64,000 bases of DNA, taken from the NCBI GenBank assembly GCA_963803145.1, contig CAWDLW010000008.1:416001-480000 (forward strand), given 5' to 3'. A program made the translations under genes and the position numbers. The notes beneath the pieces were generated by a model that was given only the letters and a program-made list of their open reading frames with translations, was not told where the DNA came from and ran no database searches. This DNA comes from Methanotrichaceae archaeon. Lineage in GTDB: Archaea > Halobacteriota > Methanosarcinia > Methanotrichales > Methanotrichaceae. This document shows positions 50,868 to 61,595 of the stretch, in pieces (position 1 is the stretch's first letter; every line of letters starts with the position of its first letter).

Positions 50868-51353
50868 AAAATCAACTCAGAGAATGAAATAGTCAGATCA
50901 TCGTAGTCTATTTTGTTATATTGTTCCAAAATTTCTTACTCATCTTAGCTCTTTGGATTCTAAAGACTGCCTATATTCAATCCTTTACCTTCCAAGAAGA
51001 TTCAGAAAAAATCTGAGTTACACATAAGCAGCATTTTAAACGTTGCTATACTGTAACAATAGATTGGTAGGGGATTGCTTGTGGCTTAGTCATGCCCTTG
51101 GCATATTTTCGATCTCACAATCTGCATAAAGTGACAAGAATCGGACAATGATGTGTCCGAAGTAACTTCCACCTTCGGAAAATAATCCTTGATTGGTAAT
51201 CAAGACTTTTCCGGCTATATCGATCTCGCGAATAGTTATGTAAAGGGTCTGGTATCTTTCGCCCTTTCTAGAATCGACCAGATCATAGTAGGCATAGCTT
51301 GTGCCCCTTTCTAGTAAAGCTGATCTTAATTTTAATTTTTTGTCTTTGTGCAT

Positions 51354-51441
51354 CCTTTGTGAACTTTGTGACTTTGTTGTGGATTTAGTTTTGTTTTGCT
51401 GCTGCCAAGCGAACTATTTTAAACCAAAAAAAGCACAAAGG
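51354..51441. repeat. Degenerate repeat-B-like arms
   Basis: cctttgtgaactttgtgactttgttgtg and gcacaaagg. Confidence 0.45.
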
Positions 51442-51949
51442 ATATTTTATATCTGACCGGATATGATTCGGAAGGGATTTCTATACCAATTTCAAACAAA
51501 GTCTTGAGGCCAACTTAATTTGAAGCGGCACCCGTATCGATGCAGCATTGTTGTAGCCTTTTTCAGTCTGGAGTATGGTCATTGATCTTGAAAATATAAT
51601 TTTGATGCATCAAGCTAATTATCCTTTAAATTATCCTCCTAACCTTTATCATACTAGCCATAAGGGATAATCTAGTAGATGCAAACAAAACCACAATATC
51701 CTTAGTATCGGGGACCTCAGAACTGGCTCATCGAGCGATTATCTCAGTCGAGCTTAAGAACAATGCCTACTGAGATCAATCTCCAAATAAATCTGGAGAT
51801 AAAGAGATTTGGCTTGGAGTAATGGCCAAGCCATACAGCAATGACGATAGGATTGATGTTCTTTCTCTGCCTCGAATGGCAGGCTAACTTGCATCTGGAG
51901 AGAATAGTTCTGTCGAATTTATGGCCAATGCATGCCCAAATAATAACAA

Positions 51950-53182
51950 TCACATAGCTGTTAATCGCTCAAAGTGTTCCTGTGCCTTCTCCATTATCTC
52001 AGCCTCACCTGGAATTACGCCGTTTTGCATCAGCACTTTGCCGTTTACAATAGTCGTATCCACGCCGCCAGTCATGCTATAGATGAGATGAGAGATAATA
52101 TTGCTCTTTGGGCAGAACCATGGCTTATGTAAATCAATCAGAGCTAGGTCGCCTAATGCTCCTTTGCGTATGCCCATATTTAATCCGAATGCCCTGTATG
52201 CGTTTTCTGTGGCAATTTGCCAGATTTGCTCTGCAGAGAATGCAGCTGGTTTATGGTAGGCATTCTTTTGAACTATGGCTGTGACCTTCATCTCCTCGAA
52301 CAGGCTGAGATTGTTATTGCTGGCAGGACCGTCTGTGCCTAAGCAGATATTGGCTTTAGCCTCCAGAAGGTAGTTGAGAGGTGCTATGCCAGAGCTGAGC
52401 TTCAGATTGCTTATAGTGCAGCCTATAACATTAGCATTCCTAGCCGCGAGCAATTGGGCATCCTCCTGAGATAGCCAGACGCCATGCACTGCTAAAAAGC
52501 GCTTATTAAGCATACCAAGGCGCTCCAAGTACTCCACTGGGCTAAAGCCATGGCTCAGAATGAACTCTTCTACCTCTTCGTGCGTCTCTGAGACATGCAT
52601 ATGGATCATAGTTGCATATTTATCAGCCAGATCTTTGGCTTTAAGAAGTGTTTCATCTGAGCAGGTATAGACTGCATGAGGACCAACAGTAGGATGAATG
52701 AGGTCATCATCATTCCATCTACGCAAAAATGGCTCTACATCATTAAAAAGATCCGGTTTACTATCAAGGAGTACTCCTGAGATAAAAGCCCGAAGGCCCA
52801 TCTCCTTTGTAGCCCGAGCAGTCTCATTCATGAAGTAATACATATCATTGTAGCAGGTTATGCCAAAGCGGATCTGCTCCAGACACCCTAGCTTAACTCC
52901 CCAGTAAATATCATCTGCAGTCATCTTGGCTTCCAAAGGCCAGATCTTATCATTCAGCCACGGCATCAACTCCATATCATCGGCATAGCCCCGTAACAAA
53001 GTCATAGCAAGATGTGTGTGACCGTTGATAAGCCCAGGAATGGCCAACTTTCCACGGCCATCAATTATCTCTTCACCTTTAATGTCGCGGCCTATCTCTG
53101 CAATCCGGCCATCTTCGATAAGGATATCGCGGTCTTTTACTAGCTGGCCAGAATGAAGAATAGAGACACCCTTGATAAGCAT
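51950..53182 (-). CDS. mtaD: Amidohydrolase, MTA/SAH or 5'-deoxyadenosine deaminase family
   Basis: PGLINGHTH, HMHVSET, SNLKLSSG, LGTDG. Confidence 0.8.
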   Translation of the reverse strand: MLIKGVSILHSGQLVKDRDILIEDGRIAEIGRDIKGEEIIDGRGKLAIPGLINGHTHLAMTLLRGYADDMELMPWLNDKIWPLEAKMTADDIYWGVKLGCLEQIRFGITCYNDMYYFMNETARATKEMGLRAFISGVLLDSKPDLFNDVEPFLRRWNDDDLIHPTVGPHAVYTCSDETLLKAKDLADKYATMIHMHVSETHEEVEEFILSHGFSPVEYLERLGMLNKRFLAVHGVWLSQEDAQLLAARNANVIGCTISNLKLSSGIAPLNYLLEAKANICLGTDGPASNNNLSLFEEMKVTAIVQKNAYHKPAAFSAEQIWQIATENAYRAFGLNMGIRKGALGDLALIDLHKPWFCPKSNIISHLIYSMTGGVDTTIVNGKVLMQNGVIPGEAEIMEKAQEHFERLTAM

Positions 53183-53342
53183 AATCTCAAAATGTAGAAG
53201 ATATATTAAACCTTAACTCCTTGGATTCATAGAGAATACATTCAGTTCAATGGCTATATCGAACTCCCATACCTTCTTAGGAACTTCAAATAAAACTAAA
53301 GTTGTACCTAGGCAAACATTATAAACCTTGCTTTATTCTTTT

Positions 53343-53929
53343 GAATACCCCGCAGCTCTGCTGCGGGGATGAGCATGAAACCGATTTAAGGTTGATGCGT
53401 GTAGTAGGAATGGATGATAGAATTACAGCATGCAAATCATTGTGTTTATCGAATTAGATATCACATGGTGTTATGTGTCAAATACAGGAAGAAATTGCTA
53501 TCGGATTCTAAGAAGATAATTCGCTTAAAGGAGATATGCTCTGAGATTGAAGAAAGATATTGATTTCAGTTTGAAGCGATAGGAACTGATGGCGATCATG
53601 TTCATATCTTTGTAGGGATCTGAACCAAAATTTGCGCCATCCAGGGTTATGCAAATTATAAAGAGTATAACTGCTAATCAATTTTTCAAAGATTTTCCAG
53701 AGATTAAGAAGGAACTTTGGGGCAGCGAATTTTGGAGTGATGGAGGATATATCGTAACGGTTGGTGAAGGTGTAACCGCTGAGATCATTAGAGATTACAT
53801 CTAGAAGCAGGGCAAGCCTGAGAAAAAGAAGGTTATAAACAAATGAATCTACTTGATTTCAATTAATCTGGCGGCTGCGCCTCGCATGCCCCGCCAGCTC
53901 TGCTGCGGGGTGCGCCGCCGCCGTTTGAC
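53343..53929 (+). mobile_element. tnpA: IS200 family element with decayed tnpA (HUH/Y1)
   Basis: Subterminal hairpins ccccgcagctctgctgcgggg (53348-53368) and ccccgccagctctgctgcgggg (53889-53910); YHMVLCVKYRK, DHVHI, FWSDGGY in broken frames. Confidence 0.88.
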
Positions 53930-54122
53930 TCATAAGTTTCAGAATGATCTCCATAATAAGGGGAATCCGTCTCGTTCGTCTTCTATTGCCAAATTTCTTG
54001 TTGTGATACCCTTTGCGGAGGAATGCGCCAGAACACCATATATACCAATTCTATCAATTATTATGGAATCGAATAGTATATTAGTTATATGTGAAACCAT
54101 GAACAAGTAAAATCAACTGCCG

Positions 54123-55454
54123 TTATATAACGTATCCACCAAATGTTAGGTTTGATGCATGTTGACAAGATATTAAAATGGGTTGGTCTCCATTAAATAC
54201 ATGAATATCGAATTTGGAATTACGGATAGAGCTCGTTTTATTCCCAAAGCGCGCACAAACTTTATCTTTATGGTTGCCTTTTTGATCGATGATGTATAAT
54301 CCTTCAGCAGTTATATTGCTATTAGCTCCTTGCATTATAATACTTTCCAACTTAGAGTTTTTTGAAGTAAAATTATCCAAGAATACGTTGCCAACCTCAC
54401 CTTGAAATAGTAAAGAATGGTCACTATTATTATCAGTGCAATTGTATATAAAAGTGGGACTAGCTCTATTGTTTACTATTCTATATCCTAAGTTATTGTT
54501 AGATGATGCGCAATCAACTAATTTCATACCTGATGAAACTAAAAAGCCAGATCCATAAACAGGATTTGCTTTAATGCGTCCGTTATTCGTACTTCTACAA
54601 TTTATCATAATAATATTTTTTTTGATTGCCCCATCTTCAATATGGAAACCACTCTCCCAATTTTTATCTGCCTCACAATTTATTAAGCTAATATTTTCAA
54701 CATTGCAGTTCTCGGCTATATCGAACCCAGTAACCCAATTATTACTTCTATTTTTTATACCACATTGTATGGCAATACAGTTCACATATTCACTATTTTT
54801 TATTAGCGTCTTCCCACCATGGCCAGTGTTTAAAAATCCAAAGCTGTTGCTATCTTTGACTGAACAATTTATGAATCTAGTATCATTTATGACACCATCT
54901 GATGCAAATTGGCAGAAAGACCCTAATGAAGAGGCATGAATACCTGAAGTTAAGTTATCTAATAATACATTATTCGTACCCTTAGTAATTAAAACTGCAG
55001 ATCCCATATACCCAACAAAAGCTATATTTTTTAGGACCACGTTTGATTTTGAATTTATAATAACGCTTAAGTTTCGAAATATTGTATAGTTTTTGGCTCC
55101 CTCTATAGTGGTATTATTAGGCAAACTTAAATACTCAGATTTTTTTACGGAATATACCCCTTTTCCTAAAATTAATTTTCCGCCTCCGAGTGAGTCTGAA
55201 TAATTAAGAGCACTTTGAATCACGGCAAAGACATCATTATACATATTACCTTGTGCGATTACTTTGCCATTATTTTCTGCTAGGATAACGCTGTCATTAA
55301 TAACAATATTAATATTATCTCTGTTAGGCAATTCAAATGCAGATACATTTCTGATGATTTTAACATGAGCCAGATCAGCTCTATAGGTTTCTTGACCGTT
55401 TGCCATTGATATAAAAAATATAATGGCTAACCATAAAATGAATTTACTGAACAT
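54123..55454 (-). CDS. Secreted right-handed parallel beta-helix (pectin-lyase-like) protein
   Basis: Signal peptide, IQSALN...GGGKLILGKGVY, repeated NC/N-G-F turns. Confidence 0.8.
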   Translation of the reverse strand: MFSKFILWLAIIFFISMANGQETYRADLAHVKIIRNVSAFELPNRDNINIVINDSVILAENNGKVIAQGNMYNDVFAVIQSALNYSDSLGGGKLILGKGVYSVKKSEYLSLPNNTTIEGAKNYTIFRNLSVIINSKSNVVLKNIAFVGYMGSAVLITKGTNNVLLDNLTSGIHASSLGSFCQFASDGVINDTRFINCSVKDSNSFGFLNTGHGGKTLIKNSEYVNCIAIQCGIKNRSNNWVTGFDIAENCNVENISLINCEADKNWESGFHIEDGAIKKNIIMINCRSTNNGRIKANPVYGSGFLVSSGMKLVDCASSNNNLGYRIVNNRASPTFIYNCTDNNSDHSLLFQGEVGNVFLDNFTSKNSKLESIIMQGANSNITAEGLYIIDQKGNHKDKVCARFGNKTSSIRNSKFDIHVFNGDQPILISCQHASNLTFGGYVI

Positions 55455-55656
55455 TATTCTATCTACCTATTACATATAATAATATAAGCTTTTTACATTT
55501 TTGGATAATCAAACGACAGCAGTGCAGTAGCGCAAAAAGCATGAAAGATAGCACTATATAAAGACAAAACTCGATAATTGATCAATTATTATTCACAATA
55601 CTTGCACTTTGTTACCAATGTAAGCATCTTGATGTTATGATAAAATAACTATCCAA

Positions 55657-55700
55657 GGCAAACGGAGGCGGCACACCCCACTGCAAGCTGCGGGGTATTC
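55657..55700 (-). mobile_element. Solo IS200-end hairpin (left and right ends fused)
   Basis: Reverse complement gaataccccgcagcttgcagtggggtgtgccgcctccgtttg matches the left outer flank plus the right outer flank of the 53343-53929 element. Confidence 0.7.
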
Positions 55701-55715
55701 GTTAAAAATAAATCT

Positions 55716-58410
55716 TACCCCTCTTCGTGACCTACCAGGAAGGTATAGCCTTTTTTCCGATATTTAGAGAATTCGCTAAAGAAACTAACTTTGTAGCTAA
55801 GAAAACTATTGGGACAACCTTTTTTTCGACACTAGGCTGTGTATATTGATGTATTTTGTTCAATCCTAATGTATTTTTAGCTATATTGAAGAAAACTTCT
55901 ATTTCAAGCCTATAATACTTAAAACTCTTCCATTGATAGATTAAATTCTTAAATTCGTTAACAATATGAATCCATTTTTCTAATTTATATTTATTGTGAG
56001 AAAATGGTATGTGTTTAGCCCCTATAGTATCATCCTTATGGATTTAGACCCTTTTAGCCATGACCTTATATAATATGCCTATAATATTCTGCTAGCTGGC
56101 ATATGGATAAAGACGAGATCATCAGGCAACCCCAAGAGCCAAATGACCTATTAAGACGCGAGAATGAATTTCTCAAAAGGCGCATAGAGGAACTTGAAGC
56201 TCGATTAGCTGATCTAGAAGCCCGATTGGCTAAGTATGAGAATGCTCATACTCCGCCGAGTCTGAGACGTGGCGGCAATCGAAGAAATGATCAGAATGAA
56301 ACGGGAAAGCCTGGTCAGAAGAAAGGACATAAGGGTCTGACAAGGCCAATAGCCAAGCCTGACAAGCAAGTGCAAGTCACAAGAGATCGATGTCCTGATT
56401 GCGGTATGAAGCTTGGTGATCCGTTCAGAATAGAATCGAAGATTATCGAGGAAATTCCCGAACCACAACCAGTTACAGTTACCGAGTACAAAATCTGCCA
56501 TTACATATGCCCTCACTGCCTGAAAGAGGTTGTTGGAACCGATTCTGGTTGCCCAAGCGAAGGCATGTTCGGTAACAATACAATTGCACAGGCGACGTTA
56601 CTGAAATACAAGGACAGGTTGCCTCATAGGAAAATCAGAGATGCACTGAAGCGACTGTATGGTCTGGATATAAGCCCTGCAACGATACTTGACTTAACTC
56701 GCCGTGCTGCAGATGCCGTTGCACTGGAATACAATACTATTTTGGAAAGAATTCGAGCTGCACAGGTTCTTTACGTAGATGAGACATCAATTGATGTTCA
56801 GGGTAAGACTCACTGGCTATGGGTATTTGCAACTCTGGCTGAAACTTTTGTCGTGATTCGCAAGAGCCGGGGCATGAAGGTCCTGGTAGAGGTTTTGACG
56901 AGAAAGTTCAAGGGAACCATCGTTTGTGATGGTTGGAAACCTTATGTACGTTTCTCAAAGCACTTACAGAGATGCTGGGCTCACTTACTTCGAGAATCAA
57001 AAGATCTAGCAGAGAAGATTCCGGAGGCGGTTCCATTACATGGAGCACTCAGAAAGATCTATGATCTACTAATCGATGCTCTAAAGAACGATCCTCCGCC
57101 AGAAGTCCGAAGAGTGCTATGGTATCTGGCAAGAGCTACGCTCAAGCAGCTGGTTAATGGCAAATATGCCAGCGAGAAAGTCAGAAAGCTTATTGGCAAA
57201 ATTAGCAATGGCTTTGAGTACTGGTTCACTTTTATCATTCAGCCAGGTGTAGAGCCAACCAATAACAGAGCTGAAAGAGCGCTCCGTGAACATGTTGTAC
57301 AGAGGAAGATCATAGGAACTTTGCGCAATAGCAAAGGAACGACTATTCATGAAAGGCTCATGACTGTGATCGCAACATGGTCACAACAGGGACTCGATAG
57401 TCTACAGATGCTAAGGCTAAAATTGTGTAGCTAAACACATACAGAAAATGCATCTAAAGGCGGATTAAGTTCGTAAATTATTTGATCTAAATCGGTGTTA
57501 TTCCTTGGATAAATAATCGGAATCAAGTAAAATTGATTGATTAACGCATGATAATTCTTTTTTGACGTAAAGCCTTTATCACAGATGATTAAATCGCCTG
57601 AATGTATTTTTCTTGAATTGAAAAGCCTTTCTACAAAAGGAATAAGTATTTTTGAATCATTAGGACAATCTTTATGAATTTCAAATCCAATAAGATTATC
57701 ATCAAGATCTATAGCCAAAATTAACTTAAATCCTACGAAATAGCCTATGGAAGGGTAATAAGACCATTTATATTTTTTATTCTTCTTACCTATTTTATCC
57801 TTGTTTCTCCAAATATTAAGGTCAATTACGATTGGAGAGGTATCAATAATTATAGTTCTTTGCTTTTTATCTCTTTTACGGCGTTCAGACTGGAATGTTT
57901 TGCTAAAAAAATGGAACAATGAGTCATAACTTAAATCAAACATAGATTTATAGACTTTTTGCGCATTTATCGTTGAATCAATATCCAATAGCTTTTGTAA
58001 CTCTAAATTCATATTTATTTCTGAAATTATAGAGGAAATATCTCTTTCAAACAAGCTTGATAGGACTATAATTTTTATTGCTAATACGAAATTATCTATA
58101 TCATATATTTTTAACTTGGATGCAATTTTCTTAGATCGCTGAGATCCGATAATTTCAAGTATTTTGAGCACTATTATCCATTTTGGGTGCTTATAATTAG
58201 GAATCAGAGGAGATAACATCAATAATACCTTCCTTTGGTGGTGCAACCTAGTTATAAGCGCCCAAATTACTTAAAATTAACTATTGAAAGTTTAATTCCA
58301 GATCAAATCAAGACCCATAATTTGTTTTCTAATCGAAGTTAAAATTTCTAAGTAAATTTAAATTAAATTGATAGAATTAGTTTGTTTTAAAGAGAGTTTG
58401 AAGAGGGGTA
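55716..58410 (-). mobile_element. IS4-like (DDE_Tnp_1) element interrupted by IS66
   Basis: Perfect 11-bp TIR tacccctcttc/gaagaggggta; 10-bp TSD aaataaatct (55706-15, 58411-20); transposase from 58246 resumes after the IS66 with YYRLEIEVFFNIAK and stops at 55732. Confidence 0.88.
56007..57442 (+). mobile_element. IS66 family element (single-ORF type), transposase 56103-57434
   Basis: 13-bp TIR gtatgtgtttagc, 8-bp TSD agaaaatg; VDET, QRCWAHLLR, TNNRAERALR. Confidence 0.95.
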
Positions 58411-58521
58411 AAATAAATCTCTCAGGCATACCTCGAAATGTTTTATACAGCGACCTTTTTGGAATGCCCATAAGGAAATCGGTATGCACTTGAGATAAAC
58501 AAAACTTTTATTAATTTTGCG

Positions 58522-59952
58522 GTATGTGTTTAGCTACCCAGCTTTAGCATCTGTAGACTGTCGAGTCCCTGTAGTGACCATGTAGCAAGCACAGTCATGA
58601 GCCTTTCATGGATAGCTATTCCCTTGCTATTGTGCAAAGTCCCTATGATCTTCATCAGGACAACATGTTCACGGAGCGCCCTTTCGCTCTGTTGCTGGTA
58701 AGGCTCTACACCAGGCTGAATGACAAAAGTGAACCAGTACTCGAAGCCGTTGCTAATTTTGCCAATAAGCTTTCTGACCTTTTCGCTGGCGTACTCTCCA
58801 TTAACCAGTTGATTAAGCATAGCTCTAGCCAAATACCACAGCACTCTTCGGACTTCTGGCGGAGGATCGTTTTCCAGAGCACCATTGAGTAGATCATTGA
58901 TTTTCCTGAGTGCCTCATGTGATGGAACCTCCTCAGGAACATTCTCTGCTAGATCCTTGGATTCTCTAAGTAGATGTGCCCAACACCTCTGTATATGCTT
59001 TGTGAATTTAGCATATGGCTTCCAACCATCGCAGACAATAGTTCCCTTGAATCGCCTTGTCAAAACCTCTAACAGGACTTTAATTCCCCGGCTCTTGCGG
59101 ATCACTACAAAAGTCTCAACTGGAGTTGTGAATATCCAGATCCAGTGAGTCTTACCTTGAACTTCGATTGAAGTTTCATCCACATAAAGAACCTGAGCAT
59201 TGCGAATTCTGTTAAGGATGACATCATACTCAGATGCAACGGCATTAGCTGCACGACGAGTTATATTGAGGATTGTAGCAGGGCTTATGACCAACCCATA
59301 TATTCGCTTAAGCGCATCTTGAATCTTCCTGTGGGGTAACCGATCTCCATATTTCAATAGAGCTACCTGTGCAATTGTGTTGTTACCAAATATGCCTCCG
59401 CTTGGGCAACCAGGATCGGTTCCAACTACCTCTTTCCGGCAGGAAGGGCATATGTAATGGCAGATTTTGTACTCGGTGACTGTAATTGGTTGTGGCTCAG
59501 GGATTTCCTCGATAATCTTCGATTCTATTCTGAATGGACTGCCGAGTTTTGTCCCACAATCAGGACGTCGATCTCTTGTGACATTAACTTGATTATCAGG
59601 CTTGGCTATTGGCCTTACCAGGCCCTTATGCCCTTGCTTCTGACCGGGCTTTCCCTTTTCGTTCTGATCATTTTTGCAGTTGCCGCCACGTCTTAGACTC
59701 GGTGGAGTATGAGCATTCTCATACTTGGGCAATCGGGCTTCTAGATCAGCCAATCGAGCTTCAAGTTCCTCTATGCGTCCTTTGAGAAATTCATTCTCGC
59801 GTCTTAATAGATCATTTGACTCTTGGAGCTGCCTAATGATCTCGTCTTTATCCATACTCCAGCTAGCAGAATATCATAGGCATATTATATAAGGTCATGG
59901 CTAAAACGGATTTAAATCTATAAGGATGGTACTATAGGGGCTAAACACATAC
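58522..59952 (-). mobile_element. IS66 family element, second diverged copy, transposase 58530-59855
   Basis: Same TIRs; no matching TSD; PTNNRAE motif altered to PYQQQSE. Confidence 0.92.
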
Positions 59953-59953
59953 C

Positions 59954-60406
59954 GTGAAACCATGAACGAGTAAAATCAACTGCCGTTATACAACGTATCC
60001 ACCAAATGTTAGGTTCGATGCATGTTAACAAGATATTAAAATGGGTGGTCTCCATTATATAAATATATGAAAATCGAATTTGGAATTACGGATAGAACTC
60101 GTTTTATTGCCAAAGCGCGCACAAACTTTATCTATATGGTTGCCTTTTTGATCGATGATGTATAATCCTTCAGCAGATATATTGCTATTATCTTCTTGCA
60201 TTATAATACTTTCCAACCTAAACTCCCCACAAATTAGGCACATACCATCGCAGCATAACGATTCTTTATACCCAATAGGCATAATGCCAATTTATGCAAA
60301 GCAGCATTCCTTGGCCAATTTTTCTGGTGACTATGCCTAAACCATGGGGAACTTAGGTTCCAACTTAGAGTTTTTTGAAGTAAAATTATCCAAGATCACG
60401 TTGCCA
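59954..60406 (-). pseudogene. Duplicated 3' end of the beta-helix gene (cf. ~54091-54395) carrying a MITE
   Basis: gtgaaaccatgaac...ttccaacttagagttttttgaagtaaaattatccaag matches the paralogous region. Confidence 0.85.
60217..60357. mobile_element. 141-bp MITE
   Basis: TIR cctaaactcccca/tggggaacttagg, 6-bp TSD ttccaa; empty site at ~54345-54350. Confidence 0.88.
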
Positions 60407-60449
60407 CTGCCATAATCTATAAAATCAACCTTAACTTTAAGACTGCAAT

Positions 60450-61595
60450 CTATTGAATTTTAGGCCTGAGTTTAGGGATAAGATAGTATGCTATTCGATT
60501 CGCGATAATCCTATTGCCATCTTCTGATGTGTGGACGGCATCCATATATATGGTAGCATTAGTACCATCGAAGACGTCACCAATATAATAAATATTAGTA
60601 GCGTTCGATAAAGTGATCTTCGAACGAATATAATTATACCTAATATTGAAAAAATTTGCATATTCAGCATCTATTGATCTGAGCGTTTCTTTTTCATTTG
60701 CTGAAATATATTTTTTTGTAAATAAAACTGGTTGCAAGAAGAAATAAGTTTTGAATCCATATGCTTTTCCTAAATCTTGTATAATTCTAATATTACCAAA
60801 ATATTCTTTAGAAATTTCTTCGGATTTAATTTTCGATCCCGGCCCATCTGGAACCATAGCGCTAAAATCTACACCAAAGAATTTTTTTAATCCCCCTTTA
60901 ATTAATTTAATTGTATAACTATTCTGATAGCAATAATTAATTATAAACTGCATTGGATTATTCATATAGTTGAATTCTGCCTTCCGCTCATTTAAATCCC
61001 AAGGACCACCAATAGTTCCATCATAAAAAGCACAGCGAATATCGTTATACCCATCGTAAAATATTACGATATCTGGTGCATCTCCATTTCTTAGTTCCAA
61101 AAGTAACCTTGCTAATTCTTGAGTACTAGTATATCCTTCCACACCAAAATTGATAATTTTCGCTGGATATCCCTTGGCATATAAATTCTTAGATAAATAA
61201 GAAGCAATTGTATAATTATCTTTAGATCCATAGCCCCACATAGTCGACCCGCCAAAACAAAAAATGTTCGTAGAACTTTTATTAAAAATTCTTGGACTAT
61301 TCCAGGTCGTTCTTCGAAAATTTTTGTCTGTATTTACATATTGCCCACTAAAATTTAAAGGTGGCAAATAATCTACGTATGGCGAATATACGGACTGCGA
61401 GGTGCAATTATAGTACTCGTTCCAATAGCTGTTATTTTGAAATTGATATTTGGATTCATTACTACTTAGATTTAAATATTGATAAACCGTTATAATTGAA
61501 TACGATGCTCCTTCCAAAATAACTAACATAGCCATGCTTATTATTAAAACAATTAATATTTTGTCTAAAGCTTTTATCGAATTGCCAACCTTCAT
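60450..61595 (-). CDS. SGNH/GDSL hydrolase-family protein with N-terminal TM anchor
   Basis: FGGSTMWG, NFGVEGY, YDGYND, DAVH. Confidence 0.88.
   Translation of the reverse strand: MKVGNSIKALDKILIVLIISMAMLVILEGASYSIITVYQYLNLSSNESKYQFQNNSYWNEYYNCTSQSVYSPYVDYLPPLNFSGQYVNTDKNFRRTTWNSPRIFNKSSTNIFCFGGSTMWGYGSKDNYTIASYLSKNLYAKGYPAKIINFGVEGYTSTQELARLLLELRNGDAPDIVIFYDGYNDIRCAFYDGTIGGPWDLNERKAEFNYMNNPMQFIINYCYQNSYTIKLIKGGLKKFFGVDFSAMVPDGPGSKIKSEEISKEYFGNIRIIQDLGKAYGFKTYFFLQPVLFTKKYISANEKETLRSIDAEYANFFNIRYNYIRSKITLSNATNIYYIGDVFDGTNATIYMDAVHTSEDGNRIIANRIAYYLIPKLRPKIQ

Noticed and set aside
51090-51953. Short minus-strand ORFs at 51090 and 51744
   Set aside because: No motifs; probably decayed or non-coding sequence
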